From: Anthoceros angustus
Taxonomy: Eukaryota > Plantae > Anthocerotophyta
DNA: 64,000 nt
NCBI GenBank assembly: GCA_010909165.1
Contig: MU008155.1
Location: forward strand, 1,054,001 to 1,118,000
Direction: 5' to 3'
Both the position numbers and the translations under genes were made by a program. Position 1 is the stretch's first letter; each line of letters starts with the position of its first letter. The notes under the pieces were generated by a model. That model ran no database searches, was not told where the DNA came from, and saw only the letters and a program-made list of their open reading frames with translations. Below are positions 21,768 through 33,140 of the stretch, in pieces.

Positions 21768-23115
21768 TTGCCAACATTCGCGTTCCACTTCACGACAGCA
21801 GCCACGTCGTCTCCTTGTAACGGGCAGTCCCAAAACTTTCCCATCGGCTCTGCCTGTCTCATAATCGTTGCCTTACGGTGACAGAAGACATAACACTTCA
21901 TTCTGCCGCAACCACATTCCTTCTCGGCATCTCTTTCGCAGTCTGGTGGACAGAAGTATTTGCGAAGAGCCGTAACATTGGGCTGCCGAGCGCTCAACAG
22001 TTGCAGCAAACTCTCAGCAACCTTGTCGAAAAATCCCTTATCACCCTCAATCTCTTTGAACTGCTTGTACTTCTCAGCACGGAACTTCTCCCACTCCAGC
22101 TCCTTCGGCAAACAGTCAGCAAAGCAAAAATCCGGTGATTCGAAACCCAAGAAAACAGTGTCAGCGACAAGCTTCTGAAAAACATATCCGCGATGAATCG
22201 CACCCGGGAACACAGCGTCTACAAGCTCCTTTGCCCCATCTTTAAGCACAATTGTTCCCGGTTTGCACATCAAAGCTTTCGTGAAGGCCTCAAGACAGTC
22301 CCTCGTCCTGTCAGCCAGGCGCTGCATATCGATGAGAGTGGGAGCCCGTTCCTGTTTGGGCACCGATAACGATGCAGCCACTTTCCTGCCTCCCGCCTGT
22401 GCAAAATCAAGTCTCTTAATTTCCCTCTCAAGGTTCCCAATCTGAGCCAGGAGGTCGTGGCCGCGATCCCGGAGCTGCTTGCAAAGTGACGAAAGCCGTG
22501 CTTGAACCGATTCGGACTGTTTGATCTCGCTTTGATGTTGAAGGTGTTGGTCGGCGAGAGCCAAATCCCTCGTATCCCTTGCTCTGCACAAGGTTTTTAT
22601 GAGAACCGCCTTGTATTTTTGCCTCAGCTTCCGCATCTTGCACCGATGCTCCTTGTGCAAGGCCTCCACCTCAGTCTCGCGCTTCCGCTTGCCTGAAGCG
22701 ATCTCCATTCCAGAGCCTTCTTCATTTTCCAGGCTTCTTGCCGACAACATTCCACTCCGTTGCGAGTCCGCGGTTGCACCTTCACCATCAAGCGGACCCC
22801 GCGCCTGATCCGTTTGCAGCTCAAGTTGTGTCTCCCCATAGGCAGTCATGTCCACCTCGATGGCATCCCCTGCCAAGGTTATGCTCTCTTTGAATACAGG
22901 AGAGATCAGGTCGACTTCCATCGTCACCAGACCAGAGGGTGGCCGCAGGAAAAACCACAACGCGCAGGCCCTGATCGGAAGGGGAAAATTACCAGGCCTC
23001 CGCGACTTCCGAGGACACTGGGGAACCGGCGGCCGCCAACTGGCGGTAAGGTGGTCGTTAACGTTTCAGTGCGTGTCGTTAAAATTTAATTTGGTCGGTA
23101 ACTCGGTGAGGTGGG

Positions 23116-23259
<144 letters not shown>

Positions 23260-23314
23260 ATAATACTACTATGCTTCTAACGGCATTAATGATCCACGGG
23301 CACTAGATCCTCTT

Positions 23315-24142
23315 TGAAGAATAGTAAATAGGGATAGATGACTTTACCGATAGTTTATACAATTTAAATAATTCTCGTATTTAATTGCTGAATAATTTCT
23401 CTCAGTTATCACACCTTGAGTAAGAAGCCTTGCATGAGACGCATGCAGCCGTGGATCTAGTTTAGTAAGTTATAAGTAGTAGTGATAAGACTTAGCTTAG
23501 CGCTTAAAGAAGAAAGTTTGCTTTAGGCAGTTACTTTTGGAATGATGTAAGCCTCCCTATGAAATGAGATGAGGCTAGCCCTAAAAGGGAGCATCCTATG
23601 ATCCTAGGATGGGAGCTACACTCGTGAGGATAGGACTTTGGAGCCTAAAGGCCTTGGGATCCTGGAGTGTGAGAATGTCTAGAAGGATCCTAGCACTTGG
23701 GAGCTACACTCTTGTGAGGATAGGGCTGAGGTGCCTACAGGCTTTGGGAGCCTAGAGTGTGAGCGTGCTAGAGGAAAGCTGTTTGAGATGGAGATCGAGG
23801 GGAGAGAGCTAAGCTCCTAGCTTAGGCAAAGATGGGGAGCTCTCTCTGATCTCTCATGTATTCTTGTTGACTCTTCGAATAAACAGCGTGCGTCTTGCGA
23901 GTGTCTGGGTAGGAGACGCAGGCTACTTGGAGGCCTAGTGCTGGTGTATGGTGATGTTTTTTTAATGTGTGTGTATTTGCCCACCTCAAAAGGGGTGTTA
24001 CTTGTGGTATCAGAGCTCAAGGTTGAAGCATCTTTAAGCTAGGGCGCTAGCTGGAGATGGCCGATCCTGAAGAGCCAGGCAGAGCAAAGAGAATACGGCA
24101 GAAGAAAGAGAAGGCTCTTGTGTTGGAGACGCAGTGGATGAG
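23315..24142 (+). mobile_element. LTR (~23315-24002) + PBS (24005-24016) + start of a gag-like ORF (ATG 24057), cut by a TIR element
   Basis: TGGTATCAGAGC at 24005; LTR-like upstream sequence with an ~89-bp internal duplication (23611-23775). The left boundary is approximate. Confidence 0.65.
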
Positions 24143-24159
24143 CCAACACGATATCTTGT

Positions 24160-27100
24160 GAAGGGGGTGAATATTCACGAAGGGGGTTTTCTGAAATATA
24201 TCTCCTGAAGGGGGTTTGACATGGGTCTTGAACTGGTGGTTTTTGAGGTATGAATGAATGTAAGGTAGAAAAGAAGGGTGGAAATTCCTGTGAACCAGTG
24301 ATACAAGGTCCATTTCATGCCAGCGAAGGGTTATGGTGCAAGAGGTAACCCTATTTGGGGTGCATTTAAGACCCATGACAAGGGCCATTCTTTGGTCCTG
24401 CGGGTCTTTCTCGCACAACAACCCTAAAGATTAAGTAAAAGCACGGTGATCAAAATTGGATGAGGCGAACCGATGGCGGGAGCAAAGCATGTCTGAGGAG
24501 TAGGGCGTGGCGGCCTTTCTCGTGCGATGATGCCTTGCGAAAGTGAGCCCATAGCGGGATGTGTGTACAAAAGACTTTGGGGTGTGGGGTGGTGGGTGGC
24601 TTCGCACACCCTCAATTGTGCCCGCAAATATAATCACATGGTTCACCCCACGCATCGCAATCGATGAATGAAGAAAAGTGTAGAGCTGGTTCCCAACATA
24701 TCGCAGAAAAACATGCCGCGGCTCATCGTGTGTTACTGTTAGTATGCCGCAATGCCGAGCGCAACTACCGCCACACTCCCCACATGTCCTTCCGCATGTA
24801 ATGGAAAAAGGCTTGAACATTGGAAGTTATTAAGCATGGAAAGTCTACAACGACACACAGAGAACAGCCACAACCAAATTCCTATCATGGGCCTAGACTC
24901 TTTTCAGAAATATGTACTGCGCTTGAAAATGTGCACTCCAAACTATAGGAATTGAGCTTCACGCATAACCTCACCAATTGCCCGTTGAAGATGACCTAAC
25001 ATTCGGAGGGTTTCCTACGCGGACTCACGCCATCATCTTCGTTGGGCACGACATCATGACCATCATCTTCACTATCCTCGGTGGCACTTTGACTCATTTG
25101 GTTGAATAAAGCCTCGCAATTCAATTAAGTTATTCTTGATTGCCTTCTTATCCACAGTACAAATGTTTCCGCCGTCAAGTTGAACTCATAATAGAGGATG
25201 ACCGTTTGGTGAACAAAAACCTCTACTTACGTCTATTTCTCGACGTCTCAAAGTAATGCTATGCTTCACGTTTTGGCGGGTACTGAACATGCCCATATAT
25301 TCTTGAGAAGCGCACATAGTAGTCTGAATGAATGAATGAAAATAGGTCCATAGGTGTTTTTGAAAATGTGTGCAACCATGGCATGAGAGGAGTTTCAATA
25401 TACACATCCATAAACGGCGACCGGCGCCTTCCCCAACAAGCCTTGTACATGGGCGCCGGCGGCCGCCCTTCCCCAACAAGCCTTGTACATGGGCGCCGGC
25501 CGGCCCTTCCCCAGAAGCCTTGTACATGGGCTGCCATTGATAAAATAAATAATTAGTGCTTCTAATGTTTCAACCTAGGATAGTTACTCAAGTGGTTTGG
25601 AAACAATATGTGCATGAATAGGTCATGGGTTCGAATCTGTAGAGGCATGAAAACTTCTTGTTGATTTTATGGGCGCATGGGCACGGCCATTTAAGGCGCT
25701 AGCATGCCCTCTATTGAGGTGACTTGAGGTGTGCGGATATATTCCTAGCGGATCCATGGGTATGAGGTTTTGCGGATCTTTGAAGAATTGACATTAGAGG
25801 CCCACCGTAGAGGGCTTGCATGATACAGGCAAGGAGGTGTGTATCAATGAGAAAGACTCTTTGAAAGCGCAGTGAACATGATAATTTTTGAAGGGGTGAA
25901 TAATCTCGAAGGGGTTTTCCAAATATATCTCAAGGGGTTTGACATGGGTCTTGAACTGTGGTTTTGAGGTATGAATGAATGAATGTAAGGTAGAAAAGAA
26001 GGGTGGAAATTCGTGAACCAAGGATACAAGGTCCATTTCATGCCGTAAGGGGTTATGGTGCAAGAGGTAACCCTATTTGGGGTGCATTTAAGACCCATGA
26101 CAAGGGCCATTGTCACATCACCGCGGGTCTTTCTGACAACAACCCTAAAGATTCGTAAAAGCACGGTGATCAAAATTGGATGAGAGGCGAACCGATGGCG
26201 GGAGCAAAGCATGTCTGAGGAGTAGGGCGCCGGCGCCCTTTCCGGCATTATGCGATGATGCCTTGCGAAAGGCGAGTAGCAGCCCATAGCGGGATGTGTA
26301 CAAAAGACTTTGGGGTGTGGGGTGGTGGGTGGCTTCGCACACCCTCAATTGTGCCCGCAAATATAATCACATGGTTCACCACGCATCGCAATCGATGAAT
26401 GAAGAAAAGTGTGGGGCAACTGGTTCCCGCCAACATATCGCACTGAAAAACATGCCCGCAGGGCTCATCGTGTGTTGCCTGTTAGTATGCCGCAATGCCG
26501 AGCGTGCAACTACCACCACACTCCCCACATGTCCTTCCGCATGTAATGGAAAAAGGCTTGAACATTGGAAGTTATTAAGCATGGGAAGTCTACAATGGCA
26601 CACAGAGAACAGCCACAACCAAATTCCTATCATGGGCCTAGACTCTTTTCAGAAATATGTACTGCGCTTGGAAATGTGCACTCCAAACTACAGGAATTGA
26701 GCTTCACGCATAACCTCACCAATTGCCCGTTGAAGATGACCTAACATTCAGAGGGTTTCCTACTCTTCGCCAGACTCACGCCATCATCTTCATGGGCACG
26801 CATCATGACCATCATCTTCACTATCCTCGGTGGCACTTTGACTCGTTGAATAAAGCCTCGCAATTCAATTAAGTTATTCTTGATTGCCTTCTTATCCACA
26901 TGTACAAATGTTTCCGTCAAGTTGAACTCATAATAGAGGATGACCGCTTTGGTGAACAAAAACCTCTACTTACACGAGTCCATTTCTACGATTCTCAAAG
27001 TAATGCTATGCTTCACGCTTTGGGTACCGAACATGCCCATATATTCTTCGAGAACAAGTGCATATAGTACGATTTAATGAATGAATGAAAATAGGTCCAT

Positions 27101-27690
27101 AGGTGTTTTTGAAAATGTGTGCAACCATGGCATGAGAGGAGTTTCAATATACACATCCATAAAGAGAACGCCGGCCGCCCTTCCCAACAAGTTTGTACAT
27201 GGGCGCCGGCCGGCCGGCGCCCTTCCCCAGCAAGCCTTGTACATGGGCTGCCATTGATAAAATAAATAATTAGTGCTTCCAATGTGTTTCAACCTAGGAT
27301 AGTTACTCAAGTGGTTTGGAAACAATATGTGCGTGTATAGGTCATGGGTTTGAATCCTGTAGAGGCATGAAAATCTTCTTGTTGATTTTATGGGCGCATG
27401 GGCACGGCCATTTAAGGGCGCTAGCATGCCCCTCTATTGAGGCTGACTTGAGGTGTGCAGGATATATTCCACAACGGATCCATGGGTATGAGGTTTTGTC
27501 AGATGCTGACGAAGAATTGACATTAGAGGCCCACCGTAGAGGGCTTGCGCAATTCTGGGCAAAGGAGGTGTGTATCAATGAGAAAGACTCTTTGAAAGCG
27601 CAGGTGAACATGATAATTTTTGAAGGGGGTGAATAATCTCGAAGGGGGTTTTCCGCAAATAATCTCTGAAGGGGGTTTTTGATGGGCCCT
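24160..27690 (+). repeat. ~1.72-kb tandem duplication (two copies plus the start of a third)
   Basis: 24160-25875 aligns with 25876-27607 by eye, with many 1-3 bp indels. Confidence 0.9.
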
Positions 27691-28799
27691 AAAGCAGCGT
27701 TTTGAAGGCATTATGAGCTCGAAAAAAGGTGTCACCCGGTAAAGTTACTACTTTCCATCCGGCAATGTTTGTGTCGAATGGTGGTACAAACTCGAACCTA
27801 GGGAATGATGCAAAGTAGGAGCGGTGAGGAAGGCCGTTCTGCGGGCGATTGTAAACTCGATTTTGGGATGGAAATGTGGTTTTGTTATGACACCACAAAA
27901 GCCACAGACGGTATTTCCTAACACGAAACATCGACAAGGACTTACAACATTAACTCGGGACCCCGGAAAACGAGATTTCGCCACTCATCCCGAGTTCAAT
28001 CCATCGTCATCACTTGGTCCGACTTCTCCTCCATTGTCATCACTATCTTGACGACACTTTCACTCGCAGTTGTATGAAGCCACGCAACTCATGAGCTTAT
28101 CCCTTATCGCTTTTTGTCCACATACGGATGTTTCCGTCGTTCACAAACCCATGTCTGGGATGGTATTTCATTCACAAATACCTCGTATGTTTTTAGGTAA
28201 TGGATCTTATTCCCTTTTTCCTCGGCATTGGACGGATGGGTTACCACCGGCGACTATGTGTTCTGCACATATCTCCTTCATACGCATCTATGTGCTCGGT
28301 CCGATACTAGTGGATAAGAAAAAGGTCGTGGTGCGTTTAGCTTCACGTCAATGACCTCCCCAATCCGTAATGGCCTGTATGCATGTCCGTATTGCACGGC
28401 ACGCCGTAAACATCCCTCTCGGTTCCGTTATGTCCCCATTCATCCGTGCCATTTCCAGTTGCCTTCCCGCATTTTGATATGCCCCAAATACATATCACTG
28501 TGGAGGTCCCTCAATAATGCCTCATCTAGCAAAGCTTCATCCGCACTTGAAGTGGTCAGCCGTATGATCCACTTCGCACGTGAAAACCACTTCCAAGGAC
28601 GTAGCACTAGCCCAATGTTATTCTCCACAACGATAGCAATCTCCTTCCGTCCAAAAAGGCTTCCCACCACTTATACTCTTCAACACCTATGGACGCAAAT
28701 CTTTTAACCCTTCCCGCAAATGGGCCACACCTTCCATCGGTGATAGGATACCGCTGCTTCTTGTCCCCCTAGCTTCACCCAGATGCACCGTAGGATGGC

Positions 28800-29168
28800 A
28801 GGAGGCGCCCGACCGCGCCTCCCCCAAGATGCCCGCCGGGCCGCCTCCCCTAGCACACTGCCAGCCGGCCGGCGCCTCCCCTAGCACACCTACCCATGGG
28901 CGCGGCCGGCGCCAACACGCCTGCCGGCGCCGGCCGGCCGCCTAGCACACATGGGCGCCGCCGCCGGCCCTCCCCTAGCACACCGCCCATGGGCGCGCCG
29001 CCGCCCCTAGCACACCCCACCGGGCCGGCCGGCGCCTCCCCTAGCACACCGCCCATGGGCGCGGCGCCGCCGCGCCCACCAACACGCCATGCCTTGCCCA
29101 TGGCGCCGGCGCCGGCGCCTCCCCTAGCACACCGCCACCCATGGGCGCCGGCCGCCGCCCTCCTCCTA
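28800..29168. repeat. GC-rich minisatellite (CCATGGGCGCG..CCGGCGCCTCCCCTAGCACAC units)
   Basis: Recurring CCCCTAGCACAC / CCCATGGGCG units; related shorter arrays at 25420-25530 and 27170-27250. Confidence 0.75.
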
Positions 29169-30559
29169 GGCTGTCTTCAAAATAAATATTTAGCGCCTCA
29201 AGAACTCAACCATGGACTGTTGGTCTAGTGTTTGGGAAATAAGTGTAACGAATAGGTTTCGTGTTCAAACCTCGTGCCTCCTCAATAGTTCAATTTTGTT
29301 GATTTTAAGGATGCTTGCATGGGCGCATGGGCAACTAACTTTGTTCATTTTAAGGACGTTGGCATTGCCTTAAAGCCCAAGTGGTTGCATTGAGTGCCGA
29401 AGGTTGAAGACCACGACCGCGACCTTTTGGATGAGGGTCACAGATAGATGTCAGGTGGCCGACACCGCTGGGCCCAAGAATGATACTATTGAAGACGAGC
29501 AAGCAATGGAGGAGAACGACAACTCGAGGCGGAGGATATGGACCGCCTCCGAATATGGCGGTGGTACTTGACTCGCCAAGAAGGCATGGATGAGTCGCCG
29601 CACTCTTGAATGGCTATTGTCGATGCCGATGACCACTTCCTCCTTCAGCTTGTTTGTTGCAATGTTCTCACGACCACTTAAATGAGACTCCGCTAGTACA
29701 AGATTGTTTTCATTGTGTTCCACCACTTGAAAGTAAAAGTTTTATTGTAATAAACATATGAAAATGGCAGCCCTCTATGCATTCTACTAAACGCAACGGG
29801 CCCACACCCCACCGTGCTCCAGCTCGGTGTAGACTTGAAAGTGCATCTTTATCAAAGATATGACCTCGTAAAGGGTGTGCATTATCAAAGTAGGCACATA
29901 TGTCGTTCTAGGTAAGGTGTTCTTCGTGACAAGGGGGTGCTGTCTCGGCCGAAGGGGGTCAGTATATCCCCCCCTTCAAAAATTATCGTGTTGGTGGTTT
30001 CTTTGAATGCTCGTCGGCTGAAGACCAAAACTGGGGAGGACTGAACGAAGACTCAAGGGCTTTGGGCGAGAACGATAGCTTTGATGAATGGGAACTAGAG
30101 CGGATTCGAAATTTGGTCATCGTGATGGATTCGGAGTCCGCTCTAGCACCCGGCGAGTCATGTTAGTCATAGAGAGTAGGTTTTACTTCCTGTAGGCACC
30201 TAGATGTGCTTCTTCTCCTGTGTTCATAGAACTTTTGGACCCGCTGCAAGAGGCAATTGATGATCTCATTTTCCCTCTTCCTCAACAGCGGGCAGCCTGG
30301 CCGGCCGCCTTCCCTTGGATTGTTGTCTTTGTGTGTTGAAAACGGGTTTTCACGATAACTACTGTTGGAAAAACGGCCGACCTTTCTTGAAAACGAGGCA
30401 AAACGCATATTTCGGGACTGTGTGGAATGTGCTAAGAGGGTTTCCATGTCACAAAAGGGGGTTCGGATATCCACCCCCTTCGAAAGATATCGTGTTAGCC
30501 CTTTATGGAGCCACCAATTCTCGGAATGGCGTAGGCAAATACCGGGTCAAGACCATTAA

Positions 30560-32087
30560 TATGCCACAAGAGGAGCTTCAAAATCTTTTGAGAATGGAAG
30601 CTCTAGAGCAACAAGTACAAGGAAAAAGAATTCTCGACAAAGCAAAGAAGGATGATGAACATGACGAATTGGAGCCTGGCCCAGAAAAGAGTAGAGCAAG
30701 GAGACCCAAGAAGTTGAGGTTAAGCGTTAAGCCCCCAGATAGGTATAAGGGTGAACGAGATGTGGAGAAAATCAATTCGTGGTTTTTCTCATCGGAAGGA
30801 TACTTTCTATCGCAGAGGATTTCGCAGGAAGAGTATCTAGATCACATCGCTAACTTCTTAGAGGGATGCGCTCTTACTTGGTGGAGAACTTATGTTCAGA
30901 GTTTTGAGCAAGGTAATAGAGTGGAAACTATTTCCACCTAGTCAGAATTCAAAGATCAACTGCAATTTCAATTCCAGCCAACTAATGCATCTATGCTGGC
31001 ACGGATGCTAGAGAATGTGAAGCACATAGGAACATTGTGGTAGTATGTGAGTGAATTTAACACAGCTGTTTTACAATGCCCTGATATGCAGAAGGTGGAT
31101 AAGCTCTACAGATTTTAAAGTGGACTTAAGAGGTCGGCTCTGAATAGAATTCAAATGGCAAAACCTCAAACGCTACGAGAGGCTGTTGCAGCTGCAGATG
31201 CGATACCTAACACAAGTCGTGCCAAGAAAGCACCAGTGTCTTTCAGAGGAAGGTATCCAAGATCTTTTCAGGGAAGATCAAGAGGTAGAGGAAGAGCCAC
31301 CAACACTGAGAATAGTGGAACAAATGAAAATGTTGGTAGAGGCAGAGGAGCCAATAAAGGTGGTGGTCGTGGAAGCTAAAGGACGACAAGCCCTCAATTT
31401 GGTGTGTGCTTCAATTGTGGAGAGTAGGGACATTTTGCGAAAGATTGTCCGCATGCTGGGAATTCCCAACTGAATGTAATAACCGCCAATCCTCAAGCTC
31501 CAGGACTTAGGATTCAAGCACCTTATAGATTGTCGCAGAACGAACTGCAGGAACTCAAGCAACAACTATCCAACCTACTGGCAAAGGGATATATCAGAGT
31601 CTCTAAGTCTCCTTTTGGTGCGTCGGTATTGTTTACGCGCAAGAAGAATGGAGGACTAAGGATGTGTCTAGATTACAGAGCTCTGAATCAAATTACAGTT
31701 AAGAATGCATATCCTTTGCCAAGAATGGATGATATCTTTGACAGGTTGAAGGGTGCCAAGTATTTCACCAAGCTATATGTGATGGCGGGGTTACTATCAG
31801 ATCAGAATCGCAGAGGGGCACGAGTACAAAACGGCATGTATGACGAGATATGGGGCTTTTAAATTTTTAGTCATGCCATTTGGACTTACTAATGCACCTG
31901 CCACATTTCAGACATTTATGAATACTATATTCATAGATCTGGTGGACAAGTGTGTTGTAATCTATCTGGTGGACAAAGGTTGTTGTAATCTATCTGGATG
32001 ACATATTAATCTTTAGCCATACCTTGGAGGAACATGCTGAACACTTAAGAGAAGTGTTACAAAAGCTATGGGAGAATTCCTTGTTCT
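30560..32087 (+). pseudogene. Ty3/Gypsy (chromovirus-like) gag + reverse transcriptase fragment; protease absent, 3' truncated
   Basis: VKPPDRYKGERD, FLEGCALTWW, knuckle CFNCGE*GHFAKDC, RT motifs [42 protein letters not shown]. Confidence 0.9.
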
Positions 32088-33121
32088 TGGCAATAATAGC
32101 ATAATATTTGAAGCGGCTCAATATACAAAGCCGCTTACGAAGAAAAAAACCACTTTCCAAAAACACTAGGTGGGCACCAATTTCCCATATAGAGTTGTTT
32201 TGGGTTTTTGAGTGATGGTTCATGTTATCCCTTCCCTAAGGCAGGTATGTATTCCACCGACAACGCTTCCCGGGTATGGTCTTAGGGCTCCAGCATGCTG
32301 GCGCCCTTCGGTCATCGCCGGTACTCGATTGATTGAAAAATTGCTCTGAGGCAATAAACTAATTACATAGGAAGAATAGAGGTGCCAGCATGCCGGCGCC
32401 TCCTTCAAGCTTCAATCTGTCTACGCAACACAAAGACAAGCACAAAAACCCTAACTTCCGAGTTCTTTAGCAACAGTCTGAATCTCTGGTGGGCATTGCC
32501 CATATATGCTATCCATCACCACTTCTATGCTTTTGAGATGGGCGTGCTCGGGGTCTTCGAAGTTGTCGTTCTCCTTCATGGCATTTTCGGTATCCACATG
32601 ACCATTAGGATTGCTTTTGGCGTTGTAGTAAGGATGCCACACTTTGCTCAAAGTTCTCTGCCCATCATCCAAGATTTGCCCCGTTTTTTTTCTCTTTCCG
32701 ATTCGATGAGGAGAAGGCTAAGCGGAAACAGTTGGAGGAAGACAAGCAGGCCCTAGAGGAGATGAGGGTCAAAGTTCAGGAGGATTTGGCAGCCCAAGAG
32801 GATATCCATGACGAAGTCACAGGAAGCGCCATGGCCTGTGATCAAGGATGCCCATGAAGCAAAATCAAGAAATGCAGGGGGAATTGTTGCGAGCCCAAGA
32901 GCAAGAGGCAGCCTCGGTGGAGAAGGCCCAGAAGTTGGCGGACTGCACAAGCGGGGAGCGGACGAGGCACGTGGCCGAGCCAGGAAGGAGAAGGGAAAAG
33001 GGAAGCGGAGTAGCAGGTCCACGACTCGGGTAGTGGAAGGAACTACCGGAGGAAAGGAAGAAGCAACCGTAGGTAAACACCTACCGTAGTTGCTGAATGC
33101 ATTTACGGTCGGAGTTTGCTA

Positions 33122-33140
33122 CACTACAACAAGTAGGGGT
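33122..33140 (+). repeat. Possible CACTA left terminal inverted repeat
   Basis: CACTACAACAAGT, upstream of a CACTA transposase region, with short ACGGTCGGAGT repeats nearby. No matching right TIR found. Confidence 0.4.

Larger units (their letters stand above)
16143..22921 (-). pseudogene. GIL1 / IRK-interacting-protein-like host gene disrupted by a Copia insertion. Coding: 22921-21768 + 16694-16613, intron 16612-16494, last exon 16493-16143
   Basis: N-terminal coiled coil, then EAFTKALM, HRGYVFQKLVADTVFLGFESPDF and VFCHRK. Removing the element and one TSD continues in frame as GNTLLSLLICVWLSHLLVSSFEQPCSLVK, followed by a GT-AG intron and VRAGSDFDAAYMQSVV...VAFMLWPGFRIGASVVRSQIY, which matches the GIL1/IRKI C-terminal pattern. 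Confidence 0.8.
24143..30498. mobile_element. Unclassified TIR DNA-element complex (outer TIR pair plus internal TIR copies)
   Basis: Left end CCAACACGATATCTTGTGAAGGGGGTGAATATTC; right end (reverse complement) CTAACACGATATCTTTCGAAGGGGGTGGATATCC. Related ends at ~25874, ~27606 (left type) and ~29964-29994 (right type). No TSD or transposase recognised. Confidence 0.6.

Noticed and set aside
25578-25650. Functional tRNA gene
   Set aside because: A/B-box-like motifs are present, but there is no convincing acceptor or anticodon stem.
24057-30560. Joining the gag start at 24057 to the gag at 30560 as one element split by the TIR insertion
   Set aside because: Plausible, but there is no TSD or clear reading-frame continuity across the junction.
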